Assembly (NCBI GenBank): GCA_017654855.1
Contig: CM030337.1
Span: 1,860,001 to 1,924,000 of the forward strand
DNA length: 64,000 bases
From: Podospora anserina
Taxonomy: Eukaryota
Direction of reading: 5' to 3'
Shown: positions 1 to 11,732 of the stretch, in pieces
How the letters are laid out: every line of letters begins with the position of its first letter
Position numbering within the stretch: the stretch's first letter is position 1
The notes under the pieces: model-generated
Seen by the model: the letters and a program-made list of their open reading frames with translations, nothing else
What the model was told of the DNA's origin: nothing
Databases searched by the model: none
Position numbers and translations under genes: made by a program

Positions 1-603
1 TATACTCGTTGGCTGAGGTCTGGCATCAAACAAAGGTGGCCCAGTGCTCGGTGTTGGATTGAGTGACCCTTTGCAAACAGCTGGCTCGAGGCGCTTGGCG
101 AGATCGAACGAGTGGCAGAAGGTGGGCTGGTTGGCATCTCCTCGTGGGGTATTTCCTGACGCTGCTGAGTTCCCAAGAGCTTCGTATCTCCATGCAATCT
201 TCATCTTTTCCTCTTGCGCCGGTGGTGGTTGTTCTGACTTTGATTTCTTGTCGGGTTCGGCTAGGCCCGGGAGGTTCCTCCTCCATTGTGGTGGGTAGCC
301 GACGAGGTGTACTTGGTGCCCTTGGACGAGGCCTTCGGCAGCATAATATCTGAGTAGGATACCTGAAAAGTCTGTCGTCCCTTGTTCTTCCACCAAAAGA
401 CAGGTTCCTAGTGGTAACCCACTGTGACCAGCAAGGAGTTGATCTAGCGATGCGGTTCCGGTAGACGTTGTTGGTCGACCGTCCAGCGGCGACGGTCTCA
501 CACCCGGCGGTGGTGGTTGATTCTCGGCATCTGGTTGCTTTGCCCCTGGGATGGCTCTCCCAGGTCTCGACGATAGTACTGTATTTCTCTTGACGAATGA
601 CAT
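1..603 (-). CDS. ELP4: Elongator complex subunit 4 (PAXNEB family), 5' part; runs off the window edge
   Basis: Manual translation from ATG 603 is open to position 1: MSFVKRN...GVRPSPLDGRPTTSTGTASLDQLLAGHSGLPLGTCLLVEEQGTTDFSGILLRYYAAEG...MKIAWRY...FCHSFDLAKRL. Absent from the ORF track because there is no stop in the window. Confidence 0.93.
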   Translation of the reverse strand, partial: MSFVKRNTVLSSRPGRAIPGAKQPDAENQPPPPGVRPSPLDGRPTTSTGTASLDQLLAGHSGLPLGTCLLVEEQGTTDFSGILLRYYAAEGLVQGHQVHLVGYPPQWRRNLPGLAEPDKKSKSEQPPPAQEEKMKIAWRYEALGNSAASGNTPRGDANQPTFCHSFDLAKRLEPAVCKGSLNPTPSTGPPLFDARPQPTSI

Positions 604-957
604 GTTTAAAGATTGGTCCGAAAAGTGTAGCTGTCGCGGAAGCTATGGAGGGGTCAATTGGAGGGGTTGGTGACCGATAAGCTCAAAAAGTTTCGATATC
701 AGTTGCAAGGGACAGCCCCGCCGCCAGCCTCAGTGACAGGGACCCCTGCCCGTGCGGCCCCCACCCGTTTCCCCAAACCTTAGAGCGCTAGTCGTTTTCA
801 GCCTTGGGATTTTTTTGACTTCAGTCGCAACCAGCAAACACCGGCCCATCACACAAGAGCTCTTGAGTCGTCCAGCACAACCAATTGCTTTATTCTCGCC
901 AACCCCGTTTACCCTCGCTTCACCACCACCCCCCCTCCCCCCAATACCACAATCAAA

Positions 958-1470
958 ATGGCCGGCCTCGGCTCCGACGCCCAGCTCTTCGAGGACAACT
1001 TCCGCGTCCACAAGCTCTCCGACAAGAAATACGACCGCGTCGACCGCATCTACGCCACCTCGGAAGACAAGTCAATCGAGATCACCCTCGACATCAACAA
1101 CGAGCTCTTCCCCTGTAAGGAAGGCGACGAGCTGAACATGCTCATCGCCACCTCCCTCCACTACGACGGCACCAAAGACGACGAGCGCGGCTGGCGCGAC
1201 GTCGCCAAGATGGGTGCGAGCGAGGGCTCGCTTGCCGACCAGTACGACTATGTCTGCTACGGCAAGATTTACAAGTTTGAGGATGGGGAGGACGGGCAGA
1301 CTATGTATGTTTCGCCGACTGGTAACATGGAAAGTAACGGCTGACACGAGTGGAAATACAGCAAGGCATACATCTCCTTCGGCGGGCTGCTGATGTCTCT
1401 TGTCGGGCCTTACAAGAAGCTCACCCCGTTGAGGGTGGAATACGTCTACCTCTTAGTTCGCAGACGATGA
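958..1470 (+). CDS. RPB8: RNA polymerases I/II/III shared subunit RPABC3; exons 958-1304, 1362-1470
   Basis: LFEDNF...KYDRVDRI...ITLDINNELFP...LADQYDYVCYGKIYKF. Intron GTATGT 1305 to CAG 1361 restores the C-terminal AYISFGGLLM motif. Confidence 0.96.
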
Positions 1471-1779
1471 TCAACTTGATTATGGACAGCAAACCACACC
1501 ATCGGACGAGAGCGCTCATGTTGGCTAAACGAGAGAGGGGAAAGACTTTGCTTGCGTCTATAATATGAAATCTATCAAAGGAATAGCCATTTCTCCAAGC
1601 GCGCCCGCAACCAAAGACCTTTTCGAGAAGCAAGAAGAGAGACAAGGAGTAGTACAGCATGGGGAATCTGGCGTTAAGGGTGCAAAAGGAACAAATTTAT
1701 GGACAGGAACAAAAAAAAAGCTGGCGGATAGGGGCAATGACAGAAGAGATACCCAGAAACGGAGCTAGCTTCTTCTTCT

Positions 1780-3104
1780 TCAACACCTCGTATCAGGGTG
1801 CTGGTAATCCCAGTGTGGTCCAGGAAAGGGAATGAAGCGATGGGCCCGGGCGCAAATCTGGTCATAGTATGGCTCGTTTTCCGGAGTGTAGACACCGTGT
1901 CTCGCAAAGAAATCGAGCATGACCATGGCGCAATTGGGCTTCCACAACCCCTGGGCAAGCTGCTCCTGGATCTCCTCCACCGTATGTAGACTAAAGCTCT
2001 CCACCTCGCCATCCTTGGGCTTGGGGACGACGCTCCCATCAGACGGCAGTTCAAGATCATAGACCCATTGGCACTCGGGGTAGATGTACCCTGGCTCTCC
2101 TCCTGACCGTTCATCCGTGATGAAGATGTAAGTGACAGTGCCGGTTTCCACCGCGCTCCGGCGCATGACATCTTCGGGGAGGGACGCCTCCTCGTCAGCC
2201 TCGCGGATGATACATTCGAAGGGATCCTCGTGGGTCATGAGCCCGCCGGCGACGGTGTTGTCCAGCATGCCGGGGTAGGTTGACTTGTTGCTGGAGCGCT
2301 TGGGGACCCAGATGCGGAAGTCGTAGTCGCTCATGTTGTCTTTGCGACGGAGGTAGGCCGTCATGTGTACTCCGTAGCGAGTGGTGCCAAAGAGGCCCAT
2401 GGCTGCTCGCTCGATGCTCATGAGGAGCTCGCCGTTGCGGCCGTAGACGGGCCACATTTCGTTACGCCATCCTCTGAGGAGGCGGAAGGTTTGGTTCTTG
2501 CGCCAGTAGGAGGTCAGTTGGGCGGCTTGCTTGGTGCGCTCTTCGTAGGACTTGAGGTTCTGCCATAGGGCGGCGGTTCTGGCGGTGGGGTTGATATCGA
2601 GACGGCCGCGGATACTGGCGGGGGTCTTTCTGAGGGCATCGAGGACGGTGATGGGGAGGTAACCGATAGGGAAGGCGCCTTGGTCATCTTCCCAGACGAG
2701 GGTGTAGAGTCTGCTTAGCTGGTCTGCGTATCCTCTGGGGTTCGTCTCGAGGTCGGGGAAGCTGCGTCATGGTGTTTAGTCAAAATATTCTGTGAAGTGT
2801 ATATGTCTCAGATCTAGACCCGCGCGTGCGTGGCGGCAGAGGTGGCAGATCCGGCAGGTCTCACAGATGCCAACGTCACACAACGTCTCGGTAAGGCAGG
2901 CTTTGGGGGCCAAGCATGATGATAGGCGTCGGCACATCCATTCAATGCGGCCGGTTGGATGAGTAGTGCCAGCTGCAGGGTCGCCGGCTGGAATAGCTCG
3001 TTGCTAAGAAGAAAAGGGTGTGTAGCTGCACGGAATAGGGTATTGTGAACTCACCCATCACAGTCGTTCACCATGTCAATGGTGGCCAGCCGCTGTTGTG
3101 TCAT
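1780..3104 (-). CDS. NUDIX hydrolase, thiamine-pyrophosphokinase-related (yeast YJR142W-like); exons 3104-3055, 2761-1780
   Basis: RGWRNEMWPVY, YGVHM, WVPKRS..KSTYPGMLDNTVAGG, Nudix box READEEASL. GTGAGT donor 3054, CAG acceptor 2762; spliced frame is continuous. Confidence 0.88.
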
Positions 3105-4750
3105 GATTGCTTTTTGGCCACGAGTTTGGCTGCTCAGCACGTGTAACTTTCGGAACTGTCTCGGAGATGGACTGAGAAACAATGGCTCTCTTGCGACGGA
3201 TGCGCGCCGGTGAAGATGAAGTTGCAACGACAAGACTCGGGTTCCGTTTAAATGGAGAAGTGGATCGAAGACTGTGCGGTGCGCGGCGCTGCACGGCAAT
3301 GAGACCAAGACTCGATCTCGCAACAACTTTAACAACCGAGTCGAAAGAAACAAGCTTTGAAGGGAACAGAAAATCAGAAAGACGGCAGGCGAAGATCCAG
3401 ATGATGATAATAATGATGAGAACAGACAGGCAAACTGAACAGCCAAGCAGAACCAGCAAACGGCGATACATGCGAGATATAAGCTGATATAAGTGGGAAA
3501 AGACTTTGCCTGATACCGGGCCTACCTCCCGTCCTAAACGTTAGTCCCGTTCATCACAGCCCTCCCGCTGTGCATCCCGGACAGCCGGGCAGACGGACAA
3601 TGGGACAATGGGACAAGGATTGGATTTGCAGAGGTAAGGGATGATGAGAGATGGACGGATGGATCCTACCTGGCTCTTGCAGGTGGTCCCCAGTAGGACC
3701 AACGCCGGGTGGCATCCATGGTTCACGGCCTTCTCCAGCGGGAAAACAGGAAAACAGGGATTGCGATTTGCAAGGAGAGGCAGAGCTGATGGAGTGATGG
3801 AGTGATGGAGGGATGAAGTGGTGCATATGTGAGTGAGGTGATGATGGCCGTGACCTAAGCGTATGCGACACCCCCGCCGCCGTCCGCTGGCAGTGCTGCA
3901 ACTGAACTGAACCCCACTGCGGGCCGGCACAGCACAGCGTCCAAGAAATGCTTCGAGTTCTTGACATCTTCCAGTTTGTCTTGGCACCTTTGTGTGGAGC
4001 GCTCTAGAACTGGGAAGGTGATTCTGTGGATTCGACTTCTTTGAAGCATGGTTGATTTGATTGATTATTTGCACTAGAAGCACGCCAGGAACAACTCGAG
4101 ACGTCTACCGGCCGATCATATAAGCCTGAACCCGGTCACCGTTGACAAATACTGGCAAACTATTCAACTCACACAACACTCATTCATCTGCATTGCATAT
4201 ACATGCTTCCCTAGTTGAGACGACCACCACGAACGACAGCTCCTCACCAAAGCCTTCGTGTAGCCATCGGTACCACCAATCCTCGCATGTGCCGGGGAAC
4301 ACACGCGGACCTCCTGGGCACTTATACAGCAGCTTTATCGATTTGGGAGAGCGCATGATCTGAGTTGAGCACCCAGTTCGAGCCTTGCGATTGGTTACCA
4401 AACACATCGACCGTGGAACCACCCAATCCGTCAGCATCTCGTCATTAACCACCACACACTGAGCAAAAGATAGGATCGTCTTTCACAAGCCTCGGCCTAC
4501 CAACCATCCGAACCCACGGGTTCTCTATCCGGCGGCATTAAACCACCCAAAACGGCTACCTACCTTGTCAGGTAGTCACCTGAGCAAAAGCCCAACTGGC
4601 AACCTAACCCCCACTCATCCTCCCGAACCACCGGACGGAATTATCCCGAACTTTGAAAGCCCAGGCAGGGTTATGCTCCCATAGTGTAGCCAGCCTCGTC
4701 ACACACCACCATTCATCCCGCTTGTTGTGTTGATATCTCACCCATCAACA

Positions 4751-5356
4751 ATGTCCCAAACCTTCGGCCTCGTCCCCGCCGGCCAACCCGTCATAACCAC
4801 CCCAACAAAAATTCTGTCTGACACCTCCTTCATCTACTCCATCCCCCCCTCCCCCAACACAAAACCCTTCTCCCACATCGTCGTCTTCCTCCTGCCGGGT
4901 ATAACCCTCCCCCCCGCCCACGCAGCAGCAATCCACCTCCTCACTCCCTCCACGGACCCCAATTCCGGTCAAGAATTCGACATTGCCTTCCTCGGCGCCC
5001 TAGGCCACGGGAAACCCTCTGCAATCTTCAAACTCAGCAACGATACGTCCAAGGGGGTGGCAATAGGGATAAGCGTCGAGCCAGAGGCGGCCGTCGGGTT
5101 GAAGATGCAGGAGTTGGCCGAGAAGCAGTCCAAAGCTTTGGTTCCAACAGCAGCAGGGACGGGGAGTAATGGTGGGGGACAAACGTTGCAGCTGGCTCAG
5201 AGGATAATAAACAATGCGTTTAACTTTTTGAGCAGTTACTCGGGCAGGATGCACAACGGGGAGGAGGTGGTGCCGATCAAGGCATTTGAGCAGTGGTGGA
5301 GGAAGTTTGAGGGGAGGGTGAGGGCTGATCCGGCTTTTCTTGAGAGGGATGTTTAG
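4751..5356 (+). CDS. OPI10: Hikeshi/OPI10 (DUF775) Hsp70 nuclear import carrier
   Basis: FSHIVVFLLPG, FLGAL...KPSAIFK, IGISVEP, LAQRIINNAFNFLSSY, VPIKAFEQWWRKFE..V..DP.FL. Confidence 0.9.
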   Translation: MSQTFGLVPAGQPVITTPTKILSDTSFIYSIPPSPNTKPFSHIVVFLLPGITLPPAHAAAIHLLTPSTDPNSGQEFDIAFLGALGHGKPSAIFKLSNDTSKGVAIGISVEPEAAVGLKMQELAEKQSKALVPTAAGTGSNGGGQTLQLAQRIINNAFNFLSSYSGRMHNGEEVVPIKAFEQWWRKFEGRVRADPAFLERDV

Positions 5357-5986
5357 GGTATTGAGCTTTGAGGAATGGGGGTTAGATGACAGAGGGAAAT
5401 TAGCCGGGAAGTGTATGAACTGAAGAAGGAGGTTTGGAGGGTGCATCAAAGGAGCCAGTGTCTTTAGGGGGAGTTCTGGGCTGCTCTTTTTTTTTTCGGT
5501 TCATAGAATAATGTTACATCCAAAAGAATTGTTCAGGAAGAAGTCAGTAGGAGAGGCACCTACTTTGGGCTAATTAGCAGTAAGTATGGATTATTAACCT
5601 CGACATGGGCCTCGGTGCAGGATTGCATAGACTGGATAGAGTGATGGGGAGTATTTGGACAAATATATATCCGAACAATCCAAAACTAGACATGACAAAA
5701 TCGCAAGCATGCCAAATATAGTCAAGCAATATCCGATGGAAATGCATCCCTTGAATCGAAAGAATACTAAACTCCTAAATGCTAAATGTCTTTGCCCATC
5801 CCAAACAACGAAAAAGGACTTTTTTGTGAACAAGAAAAGTAAACAGATACTAAAAGTGATACCACACCCAATAACCAGTCGCTAGCAATTCATCATTCCT
5901 ACATCTCTTCCATGTTCCATCACAAAAAAAAAAAAGGCAGTCCATATCACATATACCCATTTCACATCTCTCTCCCTTCACACAAA

Positions 5987-8212
5987 TCACCTGTCATCCA
6001 GCGGTGATATCCCTCCCCCCAAAGGACTCTTCATCCTAGTCGGACTCCCCGCCCTGCTCCTCCTCCCAGTCACCCCTCCCACACCCCCACTCAACGGCAG
6101 GCTCAACCGCTCCCTACTATCCGTCCTCACCACTAACCCGCTCCTATTCAGCGCCGACATCCCCCCTCCCACCGTCGTCACAGTCTCAAACCCATACCCC
6201 CCACCCAGCCCACCCCCGCTCGTAGCAGTAGGCGTCGCCAGGCCCGAGCTCCTCCCAAACTGAGATCCGGCTTTCGATCCGCGGGAGTGGTCACTGCTCG
6301 AGTCCTCATCAGAATACTCCCCACTGCCGCTGCTAGACGCAACATCCCCCAGCTCAAACCGATCGAGCTCCCCTTCCTCCATCACCCTCTCATAACCCCC
6401 CCCACTTGACGATCTCCCCCCAAAGAGCTTGGTAGTGAGTTTCGTCAACGGACTCCTATTCCCACCAGGTACATACTTTCCGGTATGACTCCTCCTCCGC
6501 CTCGTCAAGCCCCTCACCCGGCTGTAAACCCTCATCCTCCTCTCCCGTTTCCTAAACCACCACATCACCAACCCCACCAACCCCAAAAACACCCAAAACC
6601 CCATCTGCCCTCCCCTCGTCCTCGCCCGATCCAAAATATCCTCCGCGTCCAAATCCCAGTCATCGTCATCCCCCCCCACCGTGCCATTATGGTGCTTCCC
6701 ATTATCACCGCCCAATGGCCTCCAGCTCGAGCCCGCAAACTGAAAATCATCCGGCACCGCCTTCCCACTCACAACATTACTCCCAAATCCCACAGGGTAC
6801 CCATCATCCCCACTCTTCGGCGGCACCTGCCCAGCAGCGTAAAGCACCATCTTCCCCAACGTCCAACTAACCTCAATCCCATCAATCTTATCTACCGCAT
6901 GGAACGGCTCCAAAAACCCCTTTTCTTTCGCATGTTCCAACGCCCCCTGCGTGCCCTTGGACACATTAACCTGGGGTAAATCCTCCATCCCTATCCTCGG
7001 CACCCCAATCCCGTCATGCAGCACATTGATCAACCAGCTCGCCTTGAAGCACGCCTCCTGCGCATTCTTGGCGGCGTGCTCCTTTTTCGGATTCAACCCT
7101 TTCGAGATGGACGTCCAGTCCTGGCTGCAGTAGTCTTTTACCCTCTTTTGGTAGGTGGTAAAGTCGTAGGCCTTGTCGTCTTTCCCGCCAAACACGCCGT
7201 GGGTGGTGTGCCAGTATTCGGAGACGCCGATGAAGTGGTTGACGTCAAAGTCGATGGCGGGGACGTGCTGCCCGTTGATGAGGCAGGGGTTGTCGCTGCA
7301 GGGTTTGTCTTTGCCGAGGAGGGGGTAGGTTTTCTTGAGGCACTCGTCAAAGTGGCCGGTGCCGATGAGGGTGGTATTTTTCGGCTTGGGGGTTTTTACC
7401 GGGACACCGTCGAGGGTGGTTCTCAGGCCTTTTGGCAAGCAAGGGTCCGGGAGTTCGGTGGAGGAAGATGGATACAAATCTTCGAGAGATTCGACGTAGG
7501 ATTCGCGGGCTTGGTTTACGCCAAAGCCGAGCCAGGTCGTGGTGAATATTTTGTATTCCACAGGGGAGCCATCGAGTGTTCGTAATCGTAAGAGCTTGAG
7601 GTCGTCGGCGTGCTTTTCTGCTTCGGTGGCGTTGGGGGCAAAGGCGATTTGCGCCGAGGCACCGCCCATGTCGAGGAAGCCATATGTGTGGTGACCTTTT
7701 CCATGCTGGTGCTTATCGGGGTTGTCGAAGCCGCCAAGGAGGTAGTTTGAGGCTATCCAGCCATACAATCCTTCTGTTTCCCCCTTGATAACTTGAATGT
7801 GCATGTCGCAGTCTGGCAACGAAAATTGTGTGTTTGATCGTAGGTAGTAGCAGACCTCGCGCGTTAAGGCTGATTGTTGAACCGCGGGAAGCAGGCGCAC
7901 ACCGGCCGTCGCCATTAAGAATATCGGGGTGTCCCTGATCTTGTCCTTGGGGATGATCTCGAGCGCATGGTCAATCAGGGACTGGAGGTGATCCGGGCCG
8001 ACCTGGTCAACCTTCTCCCCAAATGTCGAGATTCCCGGCCTGATCTTTTTCGTCCATATCTTTTCTGTCATCAATTTTGGCAAACTGGCGAGATCATGTT
8101 TTGATGCGCCCTTGAGCGCCTTCTCTGGGTCTTTCCATCGGTAGATATGTAACCTGGTTCCGGAAGATCCGGCGTCGAGTATAACACCCCATCGCCACTT
8201 CTTGCCGCCCAT
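5987..8212 (-). CDS. YND1: Golgi apyrase (GDA1/CD39 family) with C-terminal TM helix
   Basis: 741-aa ORF with ACR motifs DAGSSGTR, ATAGVR, EGLYGWIASN, DMGGASAQ, SWTLG; single C-terminal TM helix and cytosolic tail. Confidence 0.92.
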   Translation of the reverse strand: MGGKKWRWGVILDAGSSGTRLHIYRWKDPEKALKGASKHDLASLPKLMTEKIWTKKIRPGISTFGEKVDQVGPDHLQSLIDHALEIIPKDKIRDTPIFLMATAGVRLLPAVQQSALTREVCYYLRSNTQFSLPDCDMHIQVIKGETEGLYGWIASNYLLGGFDNPDKHQHGKGHHTYGFLDMGGASAQIAFAPNATEAEKHADDLKLLRLRTLDGSPVEYKIFTTTWLGFGVNQARESYVESLEDLYPSSSTELPDPCLPKGLRTTLDGVPVKTPKPKNTTLIGTGHFDECLKKTYPLLGKDKPCSDNPCLINGQHVPAIDFDVNHFIGVSEYWHTTHGVFGGKDDKAYDFTTYQKRVKDYCSQDWTSISKGLNPKKEHAAKNAQEACFKASWLINVLHDGIGVPRIGMEDLPQVNVSKGTQGALEHAKEKGFLEPFHAVDKIDGIEVSWTLGKMVLYAAGQVPPKSGDDGYPVGFGSNVVSGKAVPDDFQFAGSSWRPLGGDNGKHHNGTVGGDDDDWDLDAEDILDRARTRGGQMGFWVFLGLVGLVMWWFRKRERRMRVYSRVRGLTRRRRSHTGKYVPGGNRSPLTKLTTKLFGGRSSSGGGYERVMEEGELDRFELGDVASSSGSGEYSDEDSSSDHSRGSKAGSQFGRSSGLATPTATSGGGLGGGYGFETVTTVGGGMSALNRSGLVVRTDSRERLSLPLSGGVGGVTGRRSRAGSPTRMKSPLGGGISPLDDR

Positions 8213-9479
8213 CGTGAATGAAAGCCTCGGGTGTTTAGGTGTTTAGATGTTCTCGGGATCGAGTAAAATCGGATTGCTCAGCGTTTGCGCCGTGGGGGTT
8301 GGGTCGGGGTGGTACTACAGGCTCCTTGGTCGCAAACACATCGAGTCAATTGATCGCTGTTTTGGGAAATAGGTATCGGATAGGTTCGACGTCGAGAGTC
8401 GTTATCCTCCTGGTTATCTATCGCGAGTGCACGCAAAGCGAATGACGAATGAAGCGGAAATTAGGCAAGTTGATGGAATTAAAGGCCGTATAATAATTTG
8501 AAGGTAGCAAAAGGCAACGTAACGTGGACCGCAGAGGTGTCAGCCGTAGGAAGGAGGAATTGAGGGAACGAGTGTCGGTTTGAGGAATTACTACGACAAA
8601 AACGAAGGAAGAACACAGCCTGGATGGCGGCTGAGTTGCGATGCCTCTCTCTTCTTTCTTTGGTCAATCGACGATTGGCGCTTCGGACTCGAGCGGCTGT
8701 CTTTGGAAAACTCGCAGGCACAAACATCCATGGGAACGATAACGTCAGGGGGGCGACGAATCACTGCTGCAGCTCTAGCGTGTTTAGCGTCAGGAGAGCG
8801 TGGGAGGTGTTCGGCAGAGGCGCCTGGATCGCCGAAAAAGGAGGGGCAATCATTCTTGGTTGCGGCCACACAGTGTCCACGTGGAAGGAATTGAGACGTT
8901 GTTTGGCCGGTTTGTTACTATGGAATGGCACAGTCCGTTGCACCCGGGACACTGTGGAAGCCCCCACAGCCCCGAACCCGCAAATCTGGCCGGAAAACGG
9001 TTTGAAGCTTCTCGAAAAACAGCCAAAGCTTGGGAAACCGGGCATCTTTCCTGCGACAAAAAGTTGTTTGCGACCAATAAATGCATCGCCAGTTTGAGAC
9101 GGTTTCCCAGCGACGCGCAATCACACCCCGCTCATGAATACGGTAGAATCCCACAAACCGGATCATCCCAGTCTCAAATCGGAAGGCTACATTCGATATC
9201 CAGGTTGTGATGCATGTGCATTCTCGTATCTGTCCCAGTTCGTCGCTGACTTGCAGCTTGCGATAAGAGGGAACAACAAGACTTCAGATTGCCCCGCTTC
9301 CATGATTTTCACCTTGGCTTCCCTGGCCTCCACAGTGATCACAGTGAACACAGTGACTAACTGCATGTCACTAATGTCCAGGGCTGAAAGTAACAACAAC
9401 TGCGCCCGTCTCAACCTTGGATTTGTCCATGAACTCATGTCTATTATTGTAAGGTTGGACATATGCTTGCTGATAACGC

Positions 9480-10399
9480 TTAGCTCGTAGCTTCACCCAG
9501 GCACTCAACAAGCACCCGGTTGGCGGTTCTTGAAGCTTGAATGCCGTTCTCCACCAACTGCGTGTACAGACCAGCATCGGCGGCTGGCAGATCACCCTTG
9601 AACCACAAGTTGGTGACCTCGTCTCTTGTGGGCAGATAGGCTACGCAGCAAGCCCCCAATACCTTCTCGTGATCCGACGGAATGGGGTCAACGACAATCC
9701 TAGGCGTTGAGTCCTCGCCGGCATCTTGAACGAGTGCAGCAACACCTCCGGCAACAGTGTCCACACAATCGATACCAGCGTCTGCCAATGCAGCTGAAGC
9801 CACTGTGATGCACCCACTCAACACGTTCATCATGTCCCAAGTCTCATCTCCTTGAGATTTTGATGTCTCTCTGTCTTGGTCTCCTTCGATGATCGAGATG
9901 ATAATATCGACACCGCTCTTCGGCCAGCGATCTGCAATGATGGCCCCACGAAGAGCTGTTTCAAGATGGGTGCCGAGATCTCTCTCACTGGGGTCTCGTA
10001 GATAGCCCCGTCTCTGCTTTGTAGCAAACGGCGCATATTTGACATGGGCTGACAAAACGATGTGAGGTGAGAATGGGCTTGATCTTGGGAGAGACCGTGG
10101 CCCATGGACTGTGCAGCTGAGCTTCAACCCTGAGACACCACTCTTGCTGGACCCTTCAAACTCCAGATAGGCGGAACCAGAAGCTGATGGAGTTACGCCT
10201 GTCTTGAGAACTGAAAGAGGTGTCAGTGGATGAGTGTGTACATTAGAAGAAGGATAGGCCACTTACACGTTTTGCGAATGATATTTGGTGCCCGATCTCT
10301 TCCCTTGCCGTTCTTGATCTCTGGTTGACCGGCGTCATCTTCAAATACTGGCGCCATTGTGGCCCCAGGAGGGCCGTTGATACGTCTTCTGTCAGCCAT
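9480..10399 (-). CDS. MTR3: Exosome RNase PH-like subunit Mtr3; exons 10399-10267, 10210-9480
   Basis: N-terminus MADRRRINGP; LKTGVTPSASGSAYLE, VHGPR, VKYAPFA, RWPKSGVD, ASAALADAGIDC. GTAAGT...CAG intron 10266-10211. Confidence 0.9.
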
Positions 10400-11043
10400 T
10401 GTGGTTTGATATCAACTGGGTAAGTTGAAAGCAGGTGAAAATGCCTTTTTCCTTGAAGTGAGATATGTGGAGAGAGGCTGGTGGAAAAAAGTCGTGCAGT
10501 TTCCGTGAAGAAGATTCTAGCGATGAGATCTCCGAATTCGAAAGTAGAAGATCACTGAGCTTCTGTCGACTTTGTCAGTGATGTTGATTTTCAGTTCAAG
10601 TCAAACCAAAGCCTGAGGTCGCCTGTGGCTTGCCTGCAACGCCTTCATCTTGGATTTCCAGCAAGCCACTTCCGGAACCCCACTACGAAGCTTGGACCAC
10701 ACACGCACAAGCCACAGCTCTGGGAAAATGTTTAAACTTCTGAAAAATTTATCGCGACTTGCTTTTCCTCTCTTCCACACAACACTGCAACCTTTCCTCA
10801 TGGCCAACACCCGACTTTACAACCGACAAACCAATCCTTTTGCGACCTCCTTCTCCTTTCAAGTTTAGCCTCTCTTGAAAGAGCGTCTATTTATCATGGA
10901 CTCGCTTTGGTCGCTAGGAACCTGATCGGAGAGGTGGTTGCAAAGGCTTGGCCAGGCAGAGGGGTCGCTGGACTGACAACTAACCCAGCTCTGGCCAGCT
11001 CTACGCTGGATACAGTACGTTTTTTCTTCACCTTCCCCGTCCT

Positions 11044-11114
11044 ATGATGATCTTATACACACAGTTCTCGCGATTTTCTCTGAGCGCTTTTGAACTACAT
11101 GCACTACCATCTGA
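11044..11114 (+). ncRNA. snR55: Box C/D snoRNA, snR55/SNORD33-like (18S Um1269 equivalent)
   Basis: C box ATGATGA 11044, D box CTGA 11111, terminal stem GTCC/GGAC. Guide CATGCACTACCA pairs with 18S UGGUGGUGCAUG (one G.U); the D+5 rule selects the U equivalent to yeast Um1269. Confidence 0.85.
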
Positions 11115-11286
11115 CTGGACACCCTCTTTTCAACTCGTCACAAGCCCACCTTGGTTGACAGCTTTGACTAACAAGTTGTAGCAGGATTTCTTTCTTGACC
11201 CAACTGACAGCTACATCCCGCCATCGCTTCGACAACATAGTAACACAGTCAAGGTACGAATGGCTTTTTCCTCATCCCCGGCTTTT

Positions 11287-11360
11287 ATGATGAAAAAAAT
11301 ATTTTTCAGTTCTGCTTCTGAATTATAATGAGCGACAACCCTATACCAAAACTTTTCTGA
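11287..11360 (+). ncRNA. snR61: Box C/D snoRNA, snR61/SNORD38-like (25S Am1133 equivalent)
   Basis: C box ATGATGA 11287; guide CAGTTCTGCTT 11307-11317 before D' CTGA 11318 pairs with LSU AAGCAGAACUG; D box CTGA 11357; GGC/GCC terminal stem. Confidence 0.85.
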
Positions 11361-11527
11361 TGCCATCTCTCTTTTCTTTCACATTTCACCACTCCCCAAT
11401 TATTGACAGTTTTTGCTGACTGTTATCAAAGTTAGGGACATTGACTCGTCGACGACTGTGGTCACACCTCATCTACCGGACTGTCTGGGTATGTTTTATC
11501 GTCAAACTCGCGCCCCCTTCGTCCATC

Positions 11528-11732
11528 ATGATGACAATAGTCTATCCATTCAACGATATTGTGCGACCGAGCCATTCATCCGCACTGTAGCGCCTTCGGG
11601 TGGGATGATCAGTTGTGGTGTTTTTCCTTCGGGGATGTGATTTGGCTTCCGTTGTTCGGGTCTGTCATGCACCGTTATGGTGTACGGCAGCTTGGGCCGG
11701 TCTGTACGGCTGAGTAAAAACGGCTTGCCTGA
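11528..11732 (+). ncRNA. Long (about 205 nt) structured box C/D snoRNA, target not identified
   Basis: C box ATGATGA 11528, D box CTGA 11729, terminal stem GTCCA/TGGAC, two cUUCGg hairpins; lies in the third host intron. Confidence 0.7.

Noticed and set aside
2762-3054. TPP riboswitch in the long intron of the thiamine-related NUDIX gene
   Set aside because: A CTGAGA..ATAC motif is present on the minus strand, but the downstream CTTGAT...TAAT...AGCG half of the aptamer is missing.
4140-4460. Possible structured ncRNA (RNase P/MRP or snRNA)
   Set aside because: No conserved-region motifs or Sm site recognised.
10860-10988. A fourth snoRNA (snR57) in an upstream host intron
   Set aside because: CTAAC...CAG is present, but there is no convincing C box or guide.
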